From Candidatus Poribacteria bacterium (GTDB lineage: Bacteria > Poribacteria > WGA-4E > PCPOR2b): a DNA stretch of 64,000 nt. Where the stretch lies: NCBI GenBank assembly GCA_965208675.1, contig OZ242351.1, forward strand, positions 2,592,001-2,656,000. Reading direction: 5' to 3'. Both the position numbers and the translations under genes were made by a program. Within the stretch, counting starts at the first letter, position 1. The number at the start of each line of letters is the position of its first letter. The notes under the pieces are model-generated. The model worked only from the letters and a program-made list of their open reading frames with translations. It had not been told where the DNA came from and searched no databases. This document shows, piece by piece, positions 41,595-51,221 of this stretch.

Positions 41595-42437
41595 ATGCAG
41601 ATTGGAATTTTCGCGAAGACGTTTATTCGCCCAACGCTTGAAGAAACCTTGGATGCCGTGAAGGCATACGGATTGGGCTGCGTGCAATTCAACATGGTCT
41701 GCGCCGGGTTGCCGTCTATGCCTGACCGCATAAAGGTTGAACACTGCGATGCCATCCGCCGAGAGATGTCAAGGCGGGACATCACGATGGCAGCATTGTC
41801 CGGTACGTTTAACATGATTCACCCCGATGTTCAGAACCGCCGCACCGGGCTGCGGCGGCTGCGTGAACTCGCGTCTGTATGCAAACGGCTTGGCACATCA
41901 GTGATTACGTTGTGCACGGGCACGCGGGATCCCGACAACATGTGGCGTCGCCACCCTGAAAACGATTCGCCGCAGGCGTGGAAAGACCTAATTGCATCAA
42001 TGAGGGAAGCGCTGCAAATTGCAGAGGAACACGGCGTCACACTCGCTTTTGAACCCGAAGTGTCGAATGTGGTGGATTCAGCGAGAAAAGGCCGCCGTCT
42101 GCTTGATGAGATGCAGTCGCCGTACTTGAAAGTGGTGATGGATGCCGCCAACATCTTTCACACTGGCGAACTGCCGCGCATGCGCGAAATTCTAGATGAA
42201 GCGTTTGCCCTCTTAGGCGAGGATATCGTTATTGCACATGCCAAAGACTTGAGCCGCGACGGTGAAGCGGGGGACGCACCTGCGGGTCGAGGGGTTTTGG
42301 ATTACGTCTATTATCTGTCCCTGCTACACAAAACTGGATTCGACGGCCCCTTGATACTTCACGGCCTCGCGGAAGCAGAGGTTCAGGAGAGTGTGGATTT
42401 CCTTCGTGGGAAACTTCAGGGTGTAGATAAGAATTAA
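41595..42437 (+). CDS. Sugar phosphate isomerase/epimerase (AP endonuclease 2 fold)
   Basis: FEPE, MDAAN, HAKD and G.G.LDY motifs. Confidence 0.88.
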   Translation: MQIGIFAKTFIRPTLEETLDAVKAYGLGCVQFNMVCAGLPSMPDRIKVEHCDAIRREMSRRDITMAALSGTFNMIHPDVQNRRTGLRRLRELASVCKRLGTSVITLCTGTRDPDNMWRRHPENDSPQAWKDLIASMREALQIAEEHGVTLAFEPEVSNVVDSARKGRRLLDEMQSPYLKVVMDAANIFHTGELPRMREILDEAFALLGEDIVIAHAKDLSRDGEAGDAPAGRGVLDYVYYLSLLHKTGFDGPLILHGLAEAEVQESVDFLRGKLQGVDKN

Positions 42438-42482
42438 TTCTCTCTTTTTTTTTCAAACAAGCTCTAAGAAACGACTGATTTT

Positions 42483-45053
42483 GTGCATCTTATACCCGCA
42501 GAGACCAATGCATTAAGGTGCTTTCCCATGAAAAACAATAGTGATGAGATGCTGGTGCATCAAACCCTGAGAGGCGATGCATCGGCATACGCTTCTCTGA
42601 TTGACCGTTACAAGGGCGCTGTGCACGCCATTGCATACCACAAACTAGGCAATTTTCAGGATGCCGAGGACGTTGCCCAAGAAGCATTTCTCAATGCACA
42701 CCAGCGGCTCGCGACGCTGAAGGAGCCTTCTCGTTTTGCAGGCTGGTTATATTGTATAGTTTCGAATGCTTGCAAAATGTTGCTGCGAAAGCGGAAGAAG
42801 GAGCGGGAATTGACGGTTCCGCTTGAGGATCTCAGCCCAACTCAAGCAGCCGATCAAGCCTTTTTGACTTTTGAACGGGAGGAAACCCGTAAGCAACTGC
42901 GTCAGGCGATAGACGCACTGTCGGAAACAGATCGGCTAACGTTGAAACTCTTCTACATGGGTGGTACGTCCTGTGCAGAGATTGGTAAACTCATCGGAGC
43001 GTCGGAGAACGCCGTTAACAACCGACTGTACCACGCGCGTAAACGTCTGAGAAAGGAGATGAGAGACATGATTGATCAAATCGCCAAACCAACTCAGTTG
43101 AAGGCTAGCTTCACGAGTCAGATCATGGATATTGTGCAGAAAACCAAACTCACGCCGCCAAAACCACAGACGCCATGGCATATTCCCATCGGAGCCACAG
43201 TTTTTTTGGTATTGCTCGTCGGGTTGGGGGTTGTACCGAAGACGGTGTCGATACCTCCCTTTGACTTGAGCGCTGCCGACGAAACCATACCCGTCGAGAT
43301 GGTATTTTTGCCGCAGGTACCAGAAAGTTCTGTTCCGATCGAACCGATTGTAGGCCCGACACCATCTGATGCAAGGTTAAGTGACAACAGATATATCGGA
43401 CGGAGCAACCAGGCGGCAGTGAAGATCGGCGACGACTATGGGAAAGTTGAAAATCAGATTGTTCTGAACTCCCGCATCCCTGAAGATACGCGGTTGGCAC
43501 TAGAGTTGCTTCGCGAAGCGTGGAACTTGACGGAAGGAACAAGCTATTACGCGCGCGAGTCACTGCTGGCGGAGTTAACGAAGGGGGACATTGACCATGC
43601 TTTGGCATTAGCGGAAACAATTAAAGATAAAAACAAGCTGGATTGGGCTTATACGCAAATCATTAGCCAGCAATTCGGATTCGACGCAGTGGGAGCACTG
43701 ACTTTAGTGGACAAAATACAAAGTCCTGAGACTAAGGCTTGGCTGATCGCAGAAGGTGCCGAGATACTTGCAAAAGAATCGCCTGACAAAGCCAAGAAGC
43801 TACTTCTGCGTGCAATGGAATCCCTCAAGGAAGTGACTGTACCCCGACTCCGATTGCGCATTGCAATTCCCGCGCTACGAGCAGCAAGTATTCTTGAAAT
43901 GGCGCAAATTGAGCAGCAGTTAAGGGTAATTATCCCAAAAGCAGGGGTGAAGACAGAGGAAGAGGCAAAACAGGCGGCATTGGAACCCGATATCGATATT
44001 CAGTTCCTCGATGGCGACTTCCTGCCGGGAACAGACTTTAGACTTACGGAGGAATCGAAGAAAGAACTCATTGAGCAAACTAAGGCGAATTTTCGCGATG
44101 GCAGCGAATTTGGCATGCTCGGCATAGCGGCAGCCGCACTCGTCAAATCGGATTCTGAGACAGCCATTGACCTCATCATGAACCGGAGCGATATGAAAGG
44201 CGTTTACCGTCCGTTGACCGACGTTATCATCAGTCTTGCAGACCATGACCCCCGTGCTGCGTGGCAGCAGTTGCTTGAGATGCGTTCACTCTTTGAGCGT
44301 GACAACGATTTCGTTGGGAAAGGCTATCTCGCAAAAGCCACGAAATATACTGCGTTAGCGATCGCAAAAACAGATGTTCGGATGGCTCTTGATGTAGCAC
44401 GACAAATGTCCTCAAGGGAGGGTGCAAAGGCAATAACTTTGGCAAAGATAGCAATCCTAGTCGCTGAAGATGATAAACAGAAAGCGTTGTATATTTTCGA
44501 GGAAGCGAGTTCTATCCCTGATTTCATGAGGTTTGGGTCTCACCCTGGCAGATGGGCTACATCCGCACGTGTCGGGCATATGCTTTCCTTGGTAGACAAA
44601 ACACGCTCAAGAGAATTTTTCTCGGATCTGCTGCAAAGACTCAAGACCAGCCCGCCCCAAGTTCCTGAGCATGAGCAACTTATGGATCAGCTGCATCTTG
44701 ATTATCAACTTGTCGACATTGCCTTTTATATGGCGGAAATCTATCCCGACAAAGCTCGAAACCTTATCGAAGAGGTAATGGCGAAGGCAAATCGTACTTC
44801 AAATTCCAAGAAACACCCTGCCTATCAACTTCGCGAAGCTGCTCAGGCTGCAACTAGGATTGATGTCAATTGGGCGATTGAAATAGCCAAGAGCATTGAG
44901 CCAATCGGCAACGGTAGTAGGCATGAGAAGGCGGAAGCCCTTCGGAAGCTTGCACAGTATCTGCTTGCGACGCCATCGGAGAGACAGACAATCCATTTCG
45001 GTCGCTGGACTGCTACCGACACCTGGTCGCCGGGCGAGGAAACCAATTGGTAG
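42483..45053 (+). CDS. ECF sigma-70 factor fused to a TM helix and a long helical-repeat domain (start probably 42528)
   Basis: DAEDVAQEAF, FAGWLY and NRLYHARKRLR; TM segment IPIGATVFLVLLVGLGVV. Confidence 0.88.
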   Translation: MHLIPAETNALRCFPMKNNSDEMLVHQTLRGDASAYASLIDRYKGAVHAIAYHKLGNFQDAEDVAQEAFLNAHQRLATLKEPSRFAGWLYCIVSNACKMLLRKRKKERELTVPLEDLSPTQAADQAFLTFEREETRKQLRQAIDALSETDRLTLKLFYMGGTSCAEIGKLIGASENAVNNRLYHARKRLRKEMRDMIDQIAKPTQLKASFTSQIMDIVQKTKLTPPKPQTPWHIPIGATVFLVLLVGLGVVPKTVSIPPFDLSAADETIPVEMVFLPQVPESSVPIEPIVGPTPSDARLSDNRYIGRSNQAAVKIGDDYGKVENQIVLNSRIPEDTRLALELLREAWNLTEGTSYYARESLLAELTKGDIDHALALAETIKDKNKLDWAYTQIISQQFGFDAVGALTLVDKIQSPETKAWLIAEGAEILAKESPDKAKKLLLRAMESLKEVTVPRLRLRIAIPALRAASILEMAQIEQQLRVIIPKAGVKTEEEAKQAALEPDIDIQFLDGDFLPGTDFRLTEESKKELIEQTKANFRDGSEFGMLGIAAAALVKSDSETAIDLIMNRSDMKGVYRPLTDVIISLADHDPRAAWQQLLEMRSLFERDNDFVGKGYLAKATKYTALAIAKTDVRMALDVARQMSSREGAKAITLAKIAILVAEDDKQKALYIFEEASSIPDFMRFGSHPGRWATSARVGHMLSLVDKTRSREFFSDLLQRLKTSPPQVPEHEQLMDQLHLDYQLVDIAFYMAEIYPDKARNLIEEVMAKANRTSNSKKHPAYQLREAAQAATRIDVNWAIEIAKSIEPIGNGSRHEKAEALRKLAQYLLATPSERQTIHFGRWTATDTWSPGEETNW

Positions 45054-45179
45054 AACGCGCGTGCATTAAGGAGGCTAACTGCTCACACCACATCGACCGA
45101 AAAAGTGTTAAAGCCCTAGGCAGACACGTACTGAAGTGTGCCACCAAAAGATATAGGACTTACGCAATTCAGCTTTTAG

Positions 45180-45230
45180 TGAACTTACCCCCAATGTTTG
45201 GACAGTCATACTTGTCCATTAAGTGTTAGC
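45180..45230 (+). mobile_element. Orphan IS3-family-like terminal repeat (second copy)
   Basis: Homologous to 10061-10113. Confidence 0.5.
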
Positions 45231-45545
45231 GTTGAAGATTGGTCAATCAACACTGTATCGGAAATTGAAGTTGTATAAACTGCGCGGCCCATCCCGGTAG
45301 GCTCTGTTTCCAACCGCAACGCACTATACACAAATCCTAACCGTTTACGCATTACGCTCTACTCGTTACTCTTTACCGTAGGTGCGATCAAGCGAGTGGA
45401 TAGCGAACGCGATAGAGATCCCCTTCCTAACCGCCCCCAACACCACCCGGTAATCACCGGCAAAAAAAAATTATCTTAAAAACGTTTTCCCCACAAAAAA
45501 GTTATCCATTGACTGACCTAATCCTCCCCTAAAACCTCCTCCGTC

Positions 45546-45785
45546 GTCCCAATATGGGACGAATTCCCATATTGGGAAAACGCCTCCATCCCGCGTCATT
45601 ACAGGCTTATCCGCTATTTCTGCCAATCTTGTCAGTCCCAATATGAGACTTTTTCAACCCGCACCCTGTCACGCTACCGTCCGTCTGACTCCTTCCCATA
45701 TCCATCGAACCTAGGCTACCACTGGATTCCTATGCCTCTACAGAGTTGAACCCTTCCTTAGACCGACCGTTGGCACGGTTTTTGC
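45546..45785 (+). promoter_or_regulatory. Sigma-54 promoter with three upstream palindromic enhancer-like sites
   Basis: TGGCACG-N4-TTGC at 45771-45785. Palindromes gtcccaatatgggac (45546-60), ttcccatattgggaa (45564-78) and gtcccaatatgagac (45635-49). Confidence 0.8.
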
Positions 45786-45980
45786 CATAACAAAGGGGAG
45801 GCAGATTGTCTTTCTCTGATCCGGTTGGTGCAAGACATTGACGCTTTCAATTATCCTTCCCGCGGCAGGAGGCGACATCACGGTGCCGTGATGCCTGCCG
45901 CTCCCCTTCGCCGGGGAATGGAAGGACTTTTCAAACAGGATCTTAAATTAATTTCTATATCTAAACGCGAGGTAGAATTG

Positions 45981-48220
45981 ATGATTGAAGTAGCGCAGTT
46001 TAAGGCAAGGCTCATAGAATTCGACGCACTACGTGAAAATGACGAGATAGAAGAAAAGACCGTTGAACATATCGCTCCACAATACAATGATCGGTGGCCT
46101 CCCCATTTACACCCATCTGTCCGAAATGCCCTTAACAGGACCGGCATCGATCGGCTCTATAAACATCAGGCTAAGGCGATTGATTTGTCTCTCAGGGGTA
46201 CAGATATAGTTTTGGAATCGCCCACAGCGAGCGGAAAGACCTTGGCTTTTACCGCGCCGATGCTTGATTCGTTGATTCGCGACAGGAGTTCACATGCACT
46301 AATGATTTACCCTATGAAGGCGTTGGCTTACGATCAGCGCGAGCAAATTGAGCAACTTTGCAGTTTGCTCTCCATCGAATCCTTTCCTTACGATGGGGAC
46401 ACCGAACAGGAACATAGGCAGCTATTGCGAGATTCTCCACCACAGATATTATTTACCAATCCCGAATATTTGAATATGTCATTTCTAGGTTGGCGGGATA
46501 AGTGGAAAGACTTTCTGCACAAGTTGCGGTATGTAGTGATTGACGAAATTCATGAATATCACGGTTTTTTTGGTGGCAATATGGCGCTATTGCTCCGGCG
46601 CTTTTTTCTGCATCTGAAGCGCATTGGCACGAACCCTCGAGTGTTTTTGTCGACCGCGACCTGCGCGAATGCCGCCGAACATGCTAAGAATCTCACCGGA
46701 CGCGATGTCATTGCCGTATCTGCTCGGGATGTCTTGCGTCCTAAGCGACATTATTTTTTCGTGAATCCTTCCATTCCCGATCACAGATACAGGGATATTC
46801 TTCGCCTTAGGGTTGTAAATGCGGCACTAGCAGTTCTCGCCCAAGGGTTGCGCGTGCTTGTTTTTTGCCCAACCAAGAGATTCCTTGAGCAAGCCTACAG
46901 CGATTGCGCGCGCTTAGCTGAGGAAAATGGATTCGCTCGTGACAGAATTGTGCCTTTTCATGCAGATCTGATGTCCGAAGAACGGCAGAGAATACAGCAG
47001 GGCATAAGAGACGGTGAAATTGACGTTGTATTCACGACGAACGCCCTAGAATTAGGTCTGGACATCGGTGGTTTAGACGGCGTGATTTTGGCGGGGTTTC
47101 CGCCTAGAATTACGTCCGCTTGGCAGCAAATTGGACGCGCTGGACGAAAATGGGACAAGGACGCTTTTGTGCTGTTCTACGCCATGAATGATCCGATTGA
47201 CCACTTCTACGTGGGCAACTTGCACGCCTTTCTGACGAAGCCTTTTGATGAATTAGTGGTTGACACTGGCAACGAAGGTCTGATTCAAAATCATCTCAAT
47301 TCGCTAGTCAACGAATCGGGCAAAGACCTAAACGAATCGGATAAGACTATACTGGGCGACCCTTTTTTCAAGCGGCGAAAAACTTCACTGGCATGGTACC
47401 AAAGGGTTTCAAGCCACAGCAAATACTAAAAATGCGTGGGGGATTTGACAAACCGGTCGAGTTAAGATTTCGGAATGAGGTTTTGGGTCAAATTTCGGAA
47501 GTGCGTCGGTTCCGCGAAGCCTATATTGGTGCTATCTTCACATTCTTCGGCCAGCAATACCGCGTACATTCGCATTTGGCAGGTGCCATTGAACTAGAGA
47601 GGGCGGAACTTAATCACAGAACTGACCCAAAATTTTACACGGTACTCTATCAAAAGGAAGTTTTCGATGGGTTTGGTTATGGTGACTTTGAAATAATCTA
47701 CGGAACGCTTGACTTAATTATGAATTTCACAGGTTACAGTGAGGTTAACGAGCACACTGGCGAAGCAGTTGGTCAATTTGGTAATGGAGGATCAGCATAC
47801 TCCAAAGCCAACCTACACGGTTTCTGGATTAATTTCCCGCCCAGTGAAACCACTTCTGGCGGAATTGGCGCCTTAGAACACATGATTCGTGTGGGCGCTA
47901 TGTTTGTCATTCCGGCAGATCCATTTGACACTAGTACCTACTCAAGAGGCTCTGAAGAACCTGCTACTTTTTACTATGAAAACTATCCCACCGGAATTGG
48001 CATAGCCAAAAAACTGTTTGAAGTGTGGTCCAGCGCCTTGAAAAAAGGCATTGAGATTGCGGAAGACTGTAATTGCCGATTAGGGTGTCCCAATTGCATT
48101 CAACCAGCAAAATCATATAAAATAAGCAATACCGAGATTGACAAGGGACGCGGGGTTGAATTGGCGGAGACCCTTTTTGCAGCAACAGAAAAGGGGGAAG
48201 ATCGAAGATTCCAAACGTAG
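45981..48220 (+). pseudogene. DEAH-box helicase with C-terminal DUF1998 Zn domain (MrfA/Hrq1-like), split by a -1 frameshift at ~47363
   Basis: SPTASGKT, DEIH, TAT and QQIGRAGR in the first ORF; HGFW, YENYPTGIG and CNC..GCPNC in the second; overlap at a T6 run. Confidence 0.85.
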
Positions 48221-48343
48221 AACGTGTCCACCGGTGACAAGACGGAAAGACAAAGCCCTCTTAAAACACGTAAGACCATGTCGAATAACCAATGCGCAGT
48301 TTTTGTAGGGTGGGTTGAACGGCGTTAACGAACCAACGCTTGT

Positions 48344-48892
48344 ATGCCGTTTGCACTACGAGTTTTTTTTGCGGTCGCTAGCAGTATCGGTATTTGGCTT
48401 TACGACACGGCGACCCGTCAAGAAGTTGCCTTGCTCACAGGGCATTCGAGCCTGGTCGAAAGCGTAGCGTATAGTCCGTATGGCCAGACACTCGCCAGCG
48501 GGAGTTGGGACGGCACCGTGTTGGTGTGGGAAGTTGCGTCTGCAATCGGAATTGGGGTGGAACCGTCGGGAAGTCTCTTAACTACGTTGGGAAACATCAA
48601 ACGGACAGCGCTGCTGCAAAATTATCCGAACCCGTTTAACCCCGAAACCTGGATACCGTATCAGTTGGCAAAGGATGCACTTGTAACCTTGACCATCTAT
48701 GACCAGAGCGGTCATATCGTCCGCACGCTCGACATTGGACGCCAACTACCGGGAGTTTACCGAGACAAAGCACGCGCAGCGTATTGGGATGGCCGCAACC
48801 AAAACGGAGAACCTGTCACAAGCGGCATATATTACTATCAACTCGGTGCGAGCGATTACATTGCATTACGGCGGATGGTAATTGTCAAGTAA
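48344..48892 (+). pseudogene. Truncated WD40 protein retaining a FlgD-Ig/T9SS-like C-terminal domain
   Basis: Begins mid-repeat (AVASSIGIWLYD) just after a REP; one WD unit, then LLQNYPNPFNPETWIPYQL...WDGRN...MVIVK. Confidence 0.7.
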
Positions 48893-49067
48893 CGAAAGTA
48901 TGGCAGGTAATTGCACCATTGGCTTCAAAAACGTTGATAAAACTCTCGGTTTGACCAATTGAATGACAGGTTAGGTGAACTGCGGTCGGATATTGCGTAA
49001 TTGGATTAAGATTACAAGTTCGGAAAGAAGCATTCCAATAACAGTTCGTTAGAATAGAGGAGATACC

Positions 49068-50231
49068 ATGATTTGTTACAGCACAATCCGTGCAGCCGTC
49101 ACAAGCGTAGTTGTATTTGCCCTGATTACGACCACAATGGGTTGCAGCGGGGAGGAAGATTCCCGTCAAAAAGAGCAAAAAAATTTAATGGCAGACGTTC
49201 GTGGGGGACAACCGGTTTACATCAGAGACCGCCAACTCCTCTCGCTAGTAAGGCAAGCGGTAGGCACAGGGGCGGAGTTCGTAACCGATAAGCAGATGGC
49301 GATGGTTCAAGAGATAATCGCAGCGCCCCATTTTACTCCTGAAGGCAACGTAAATCTATTACACCCCATCCGCGATTTAGAGGGCTTGGAGTTTGCGACA
49401 GGTCTCACACACCTAGACCTATCGGGGCACCATTTGATTGACGACATCACGCCGAACGATTGGGCACATATCACGCTGTTTAACTTTGACAACTATAACT
49501 ACTCGCCGATTGACACGCTTGCCACGATTGACATAGAAATCACATACGCAATGAACCATGTGCACCTAGTGCAAATCCCAGCCAACATTAGCGATATTGA
49601 TGACCTCACGCCGTTGGCGGGCTTAAAAAATCTAAAACACCTATCCCTAACCGTACAGCACGCTTCTGAAGGAATCAAGCCGTTGGCGGGCTTGTCCAGC
49701 CTAGAAACACTACGCCTATCGGGCAGCCGTGATATTGATGATTTCACGCCGTTGGCGGGCTTAAAAAATCTGAAACACCTATACCTAGACGACTGTCGTA
49801 TTCGGGATTGGGATGAAAATGCAATCGCGCCGTTGGCGGGTTTAACCAATTTAGAAACCCTGCATCTAAACCACAATACTATTTATGACATCACGCCGTT
49901 GGCAGGATTAACCAAACTGAGATACCTAGACCTAAGCCAGTGTGGGTTACAAGACATCACGCCGTTGGCGGGATTGACCAACCTAGAATACCTAGATGTA
50001 CGCAGCGATCGGATTGATGATCTCATGCCGTTGGCGGGCTTAACAAATCTAAGACACTTATACCTAGGTGGTGGAAACTCAAACAGAAGTCGTATTGATG
50101 ACCTCACGCCGTTAGCAAGATTGACCAACTTAGAAAAACTATCCCTATACATTAAGGATACTGTAGACGCTTTGTCACTCTGTGCGCTTAAGACGACAGC
50201 TATTTCCGGTGTAGAACTCGACTGTAAATGA
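49068..50231 (+). CDS. Internalin-like leucine-rich repeat lipoprotein
   Basis: Lipobox-like TMGC; repeated IDDLTPLAGLTNL..L.L units. Confidence 0.92.
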   Translation: MICYSTIRAAVTSVVVFALITTTMGCSGEEDSRQKEQKNLMADVRGGQPVYIRDRQLLSLVRQAVGTGAEFVTDKQMAMVQEIIAAPHFTPEGNVNLLHPIRDLEGLEFATGLTHLDLSGHHLIDDITPNDWAHITLFNFDNYNYSPIDTLATIDIEITYAMNHVHLVQIPANISDIDDLTPLAGLKNLKHLSLTVQHASEGIKPLAGLSSLETLRLSGSRDIDDFTPLAGLKNLKHLYLDDCRIRDWDENAIAPLAGLTNLETLHLNHNTIYDITPLAGLTKLRYLDLSQCGLQDITPLAGLTNLEYLDVRSDRIDDLMPLAGLTNLRHLYLGGGNSNRSRIDDLTPLARLTNLEKLSLYIKDTVDALSLCALKTTAISGVELDCK

Positions 50232-50567
50232 TGAAAGGCAGCCGTTTAGCCTTCGATTGGAACTTACAGGCCGCGTGTCCATGCGGGCATCGCCCCATTT
50301 TTGTTTGTCGGCGAGAAGGGAAGGGTTTACGTTCTTACGATTCAGAGTTGGTGGAATGTTTGGACCCCGAATAAATATTTAAGCCCTAGGAAGATTCCTA
50401 CCGAAGGGCGCAAACAGTAGATAATTCGCCGCAGGGCAATTTAGTGGAGGATTATCCGAGTTTTTAACAGGCAGGGTACCTAACGGCATGCGAACCGCCG
50501 TTTTTTACTTGACACATAAATCCAAGTTATGATACCCTTTAGCAAATTGCAGCGAAAGGCAAAGCTA

Positions 50568-50669
50568 ATGATATTTATGACGTTCCTCCTCCATTCCGAT
50601 ACGGCAACACACAACTGGCATTGGTGGCATTCAAACTGGAGTGGGAGGAGTATGCCTTTGCTGAAGTAG
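50568..50669 (+). CDS. His/Trp-rich attenuator leader peptide (33 aa, not in ORF track)
   Basis: MIFMTFLLHSDTATHNWHWWHSNWSGRSMPLLK*, directly upstream of a terminator and hisI-trpE-trpG. Confidence 0.8.
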   Translation: MIFMTFLLHSDTATHNWHWWHSNWSGRSMPLLK

Positions 50670-50693
50670 ATTTCGCATTCATTTGATAGTTTT

Positions 50694-50732
50694 AAGCCGT
50701 AGGCATACACCACGTTGTCTACGGCTTTTTTT
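50694..50732 (+). terminator. Attenuator terminator
   Basis: aagccgtaggca-loop-tgtctacggctt followed by a T-run; the 5' arm (aggcatac) is also complementary to gtatgcct at 50650-57. Confidence 0.85.
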
Positions 50733-50759
50733 ATGCCAACTGTTAGGAGGAAAATCACG

Positions 50760-51143
50760 ATGCAAATGCTCGACGAACTCAAATTCGATTCAAACGGACT
50801 AATCCCGGCAATCATACAAGATTACGAGAACAACGACGTACTGATGATGGGTTACATGAACCGCGAAGCGGTGCAGCGAACGCTTGAATCAGGGCGCGTC
50901 ACGTTCTGGAGCCGCTCCCGCCAGAAATACTGGGTAAAGGGGGAGACTTCAGGGCACACCCAAGATGTGCGCTCGCTCGCTTTCGATTGCGATGCAGATA
51001 CGCTTCTCATCAAGGTCGTGCAGAAAGGCGGGGCATGCCACGAAGGGTATCGCTCGTGTTTTTTCCGGGAAGTCTCCCCCAACGGCAATTCGGCACGCAT
51101 CGTTGGTACAAAAGTTTTTGACCCGGGCGCAGTTTATTCGTAA
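50760..51143 (+). CDS. hisI: Phosphoribosyl-AMP cyclohydrolase
   Basis: FWSRSR, KGETSG, DCDAD and [10 protein letters not shown]; AGGAGG RBS places the start at 50760. Confidence 0.95.
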   Translation: MQMLDELKFDSNGLIPAIIQDYENNDVLMMGYMNREAVQRTLESGRVTFWSRSRQKYWVKGETSGHTQDVRSLAFDCDADTLLIKVVQKGGACHEGYRSCFFREVSPNGNSARIVGTKVFDPGAVYS

Positions 51144-51221
51144 CCGTGTGGTTGCGGTCTGATGACCGCAACCAATGCCGTCATTTGACGGGGCGCCCAC
51201 AGTTAGCAAGGAGACTTCTCA

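Noticed and set aside
45981-48220. Complete DISARM, Druantia or MrfAB system
   Set aside because: No partner genes (methylase, DrmA/C/D, DruA-D, exonuclease) are adjacent.
50715-50759. N-terminal extension of HisI given in the ORF track
   Set aside because: It overlaps the attenuator terminator; the AGGAGG RBS points to ATG 50760.
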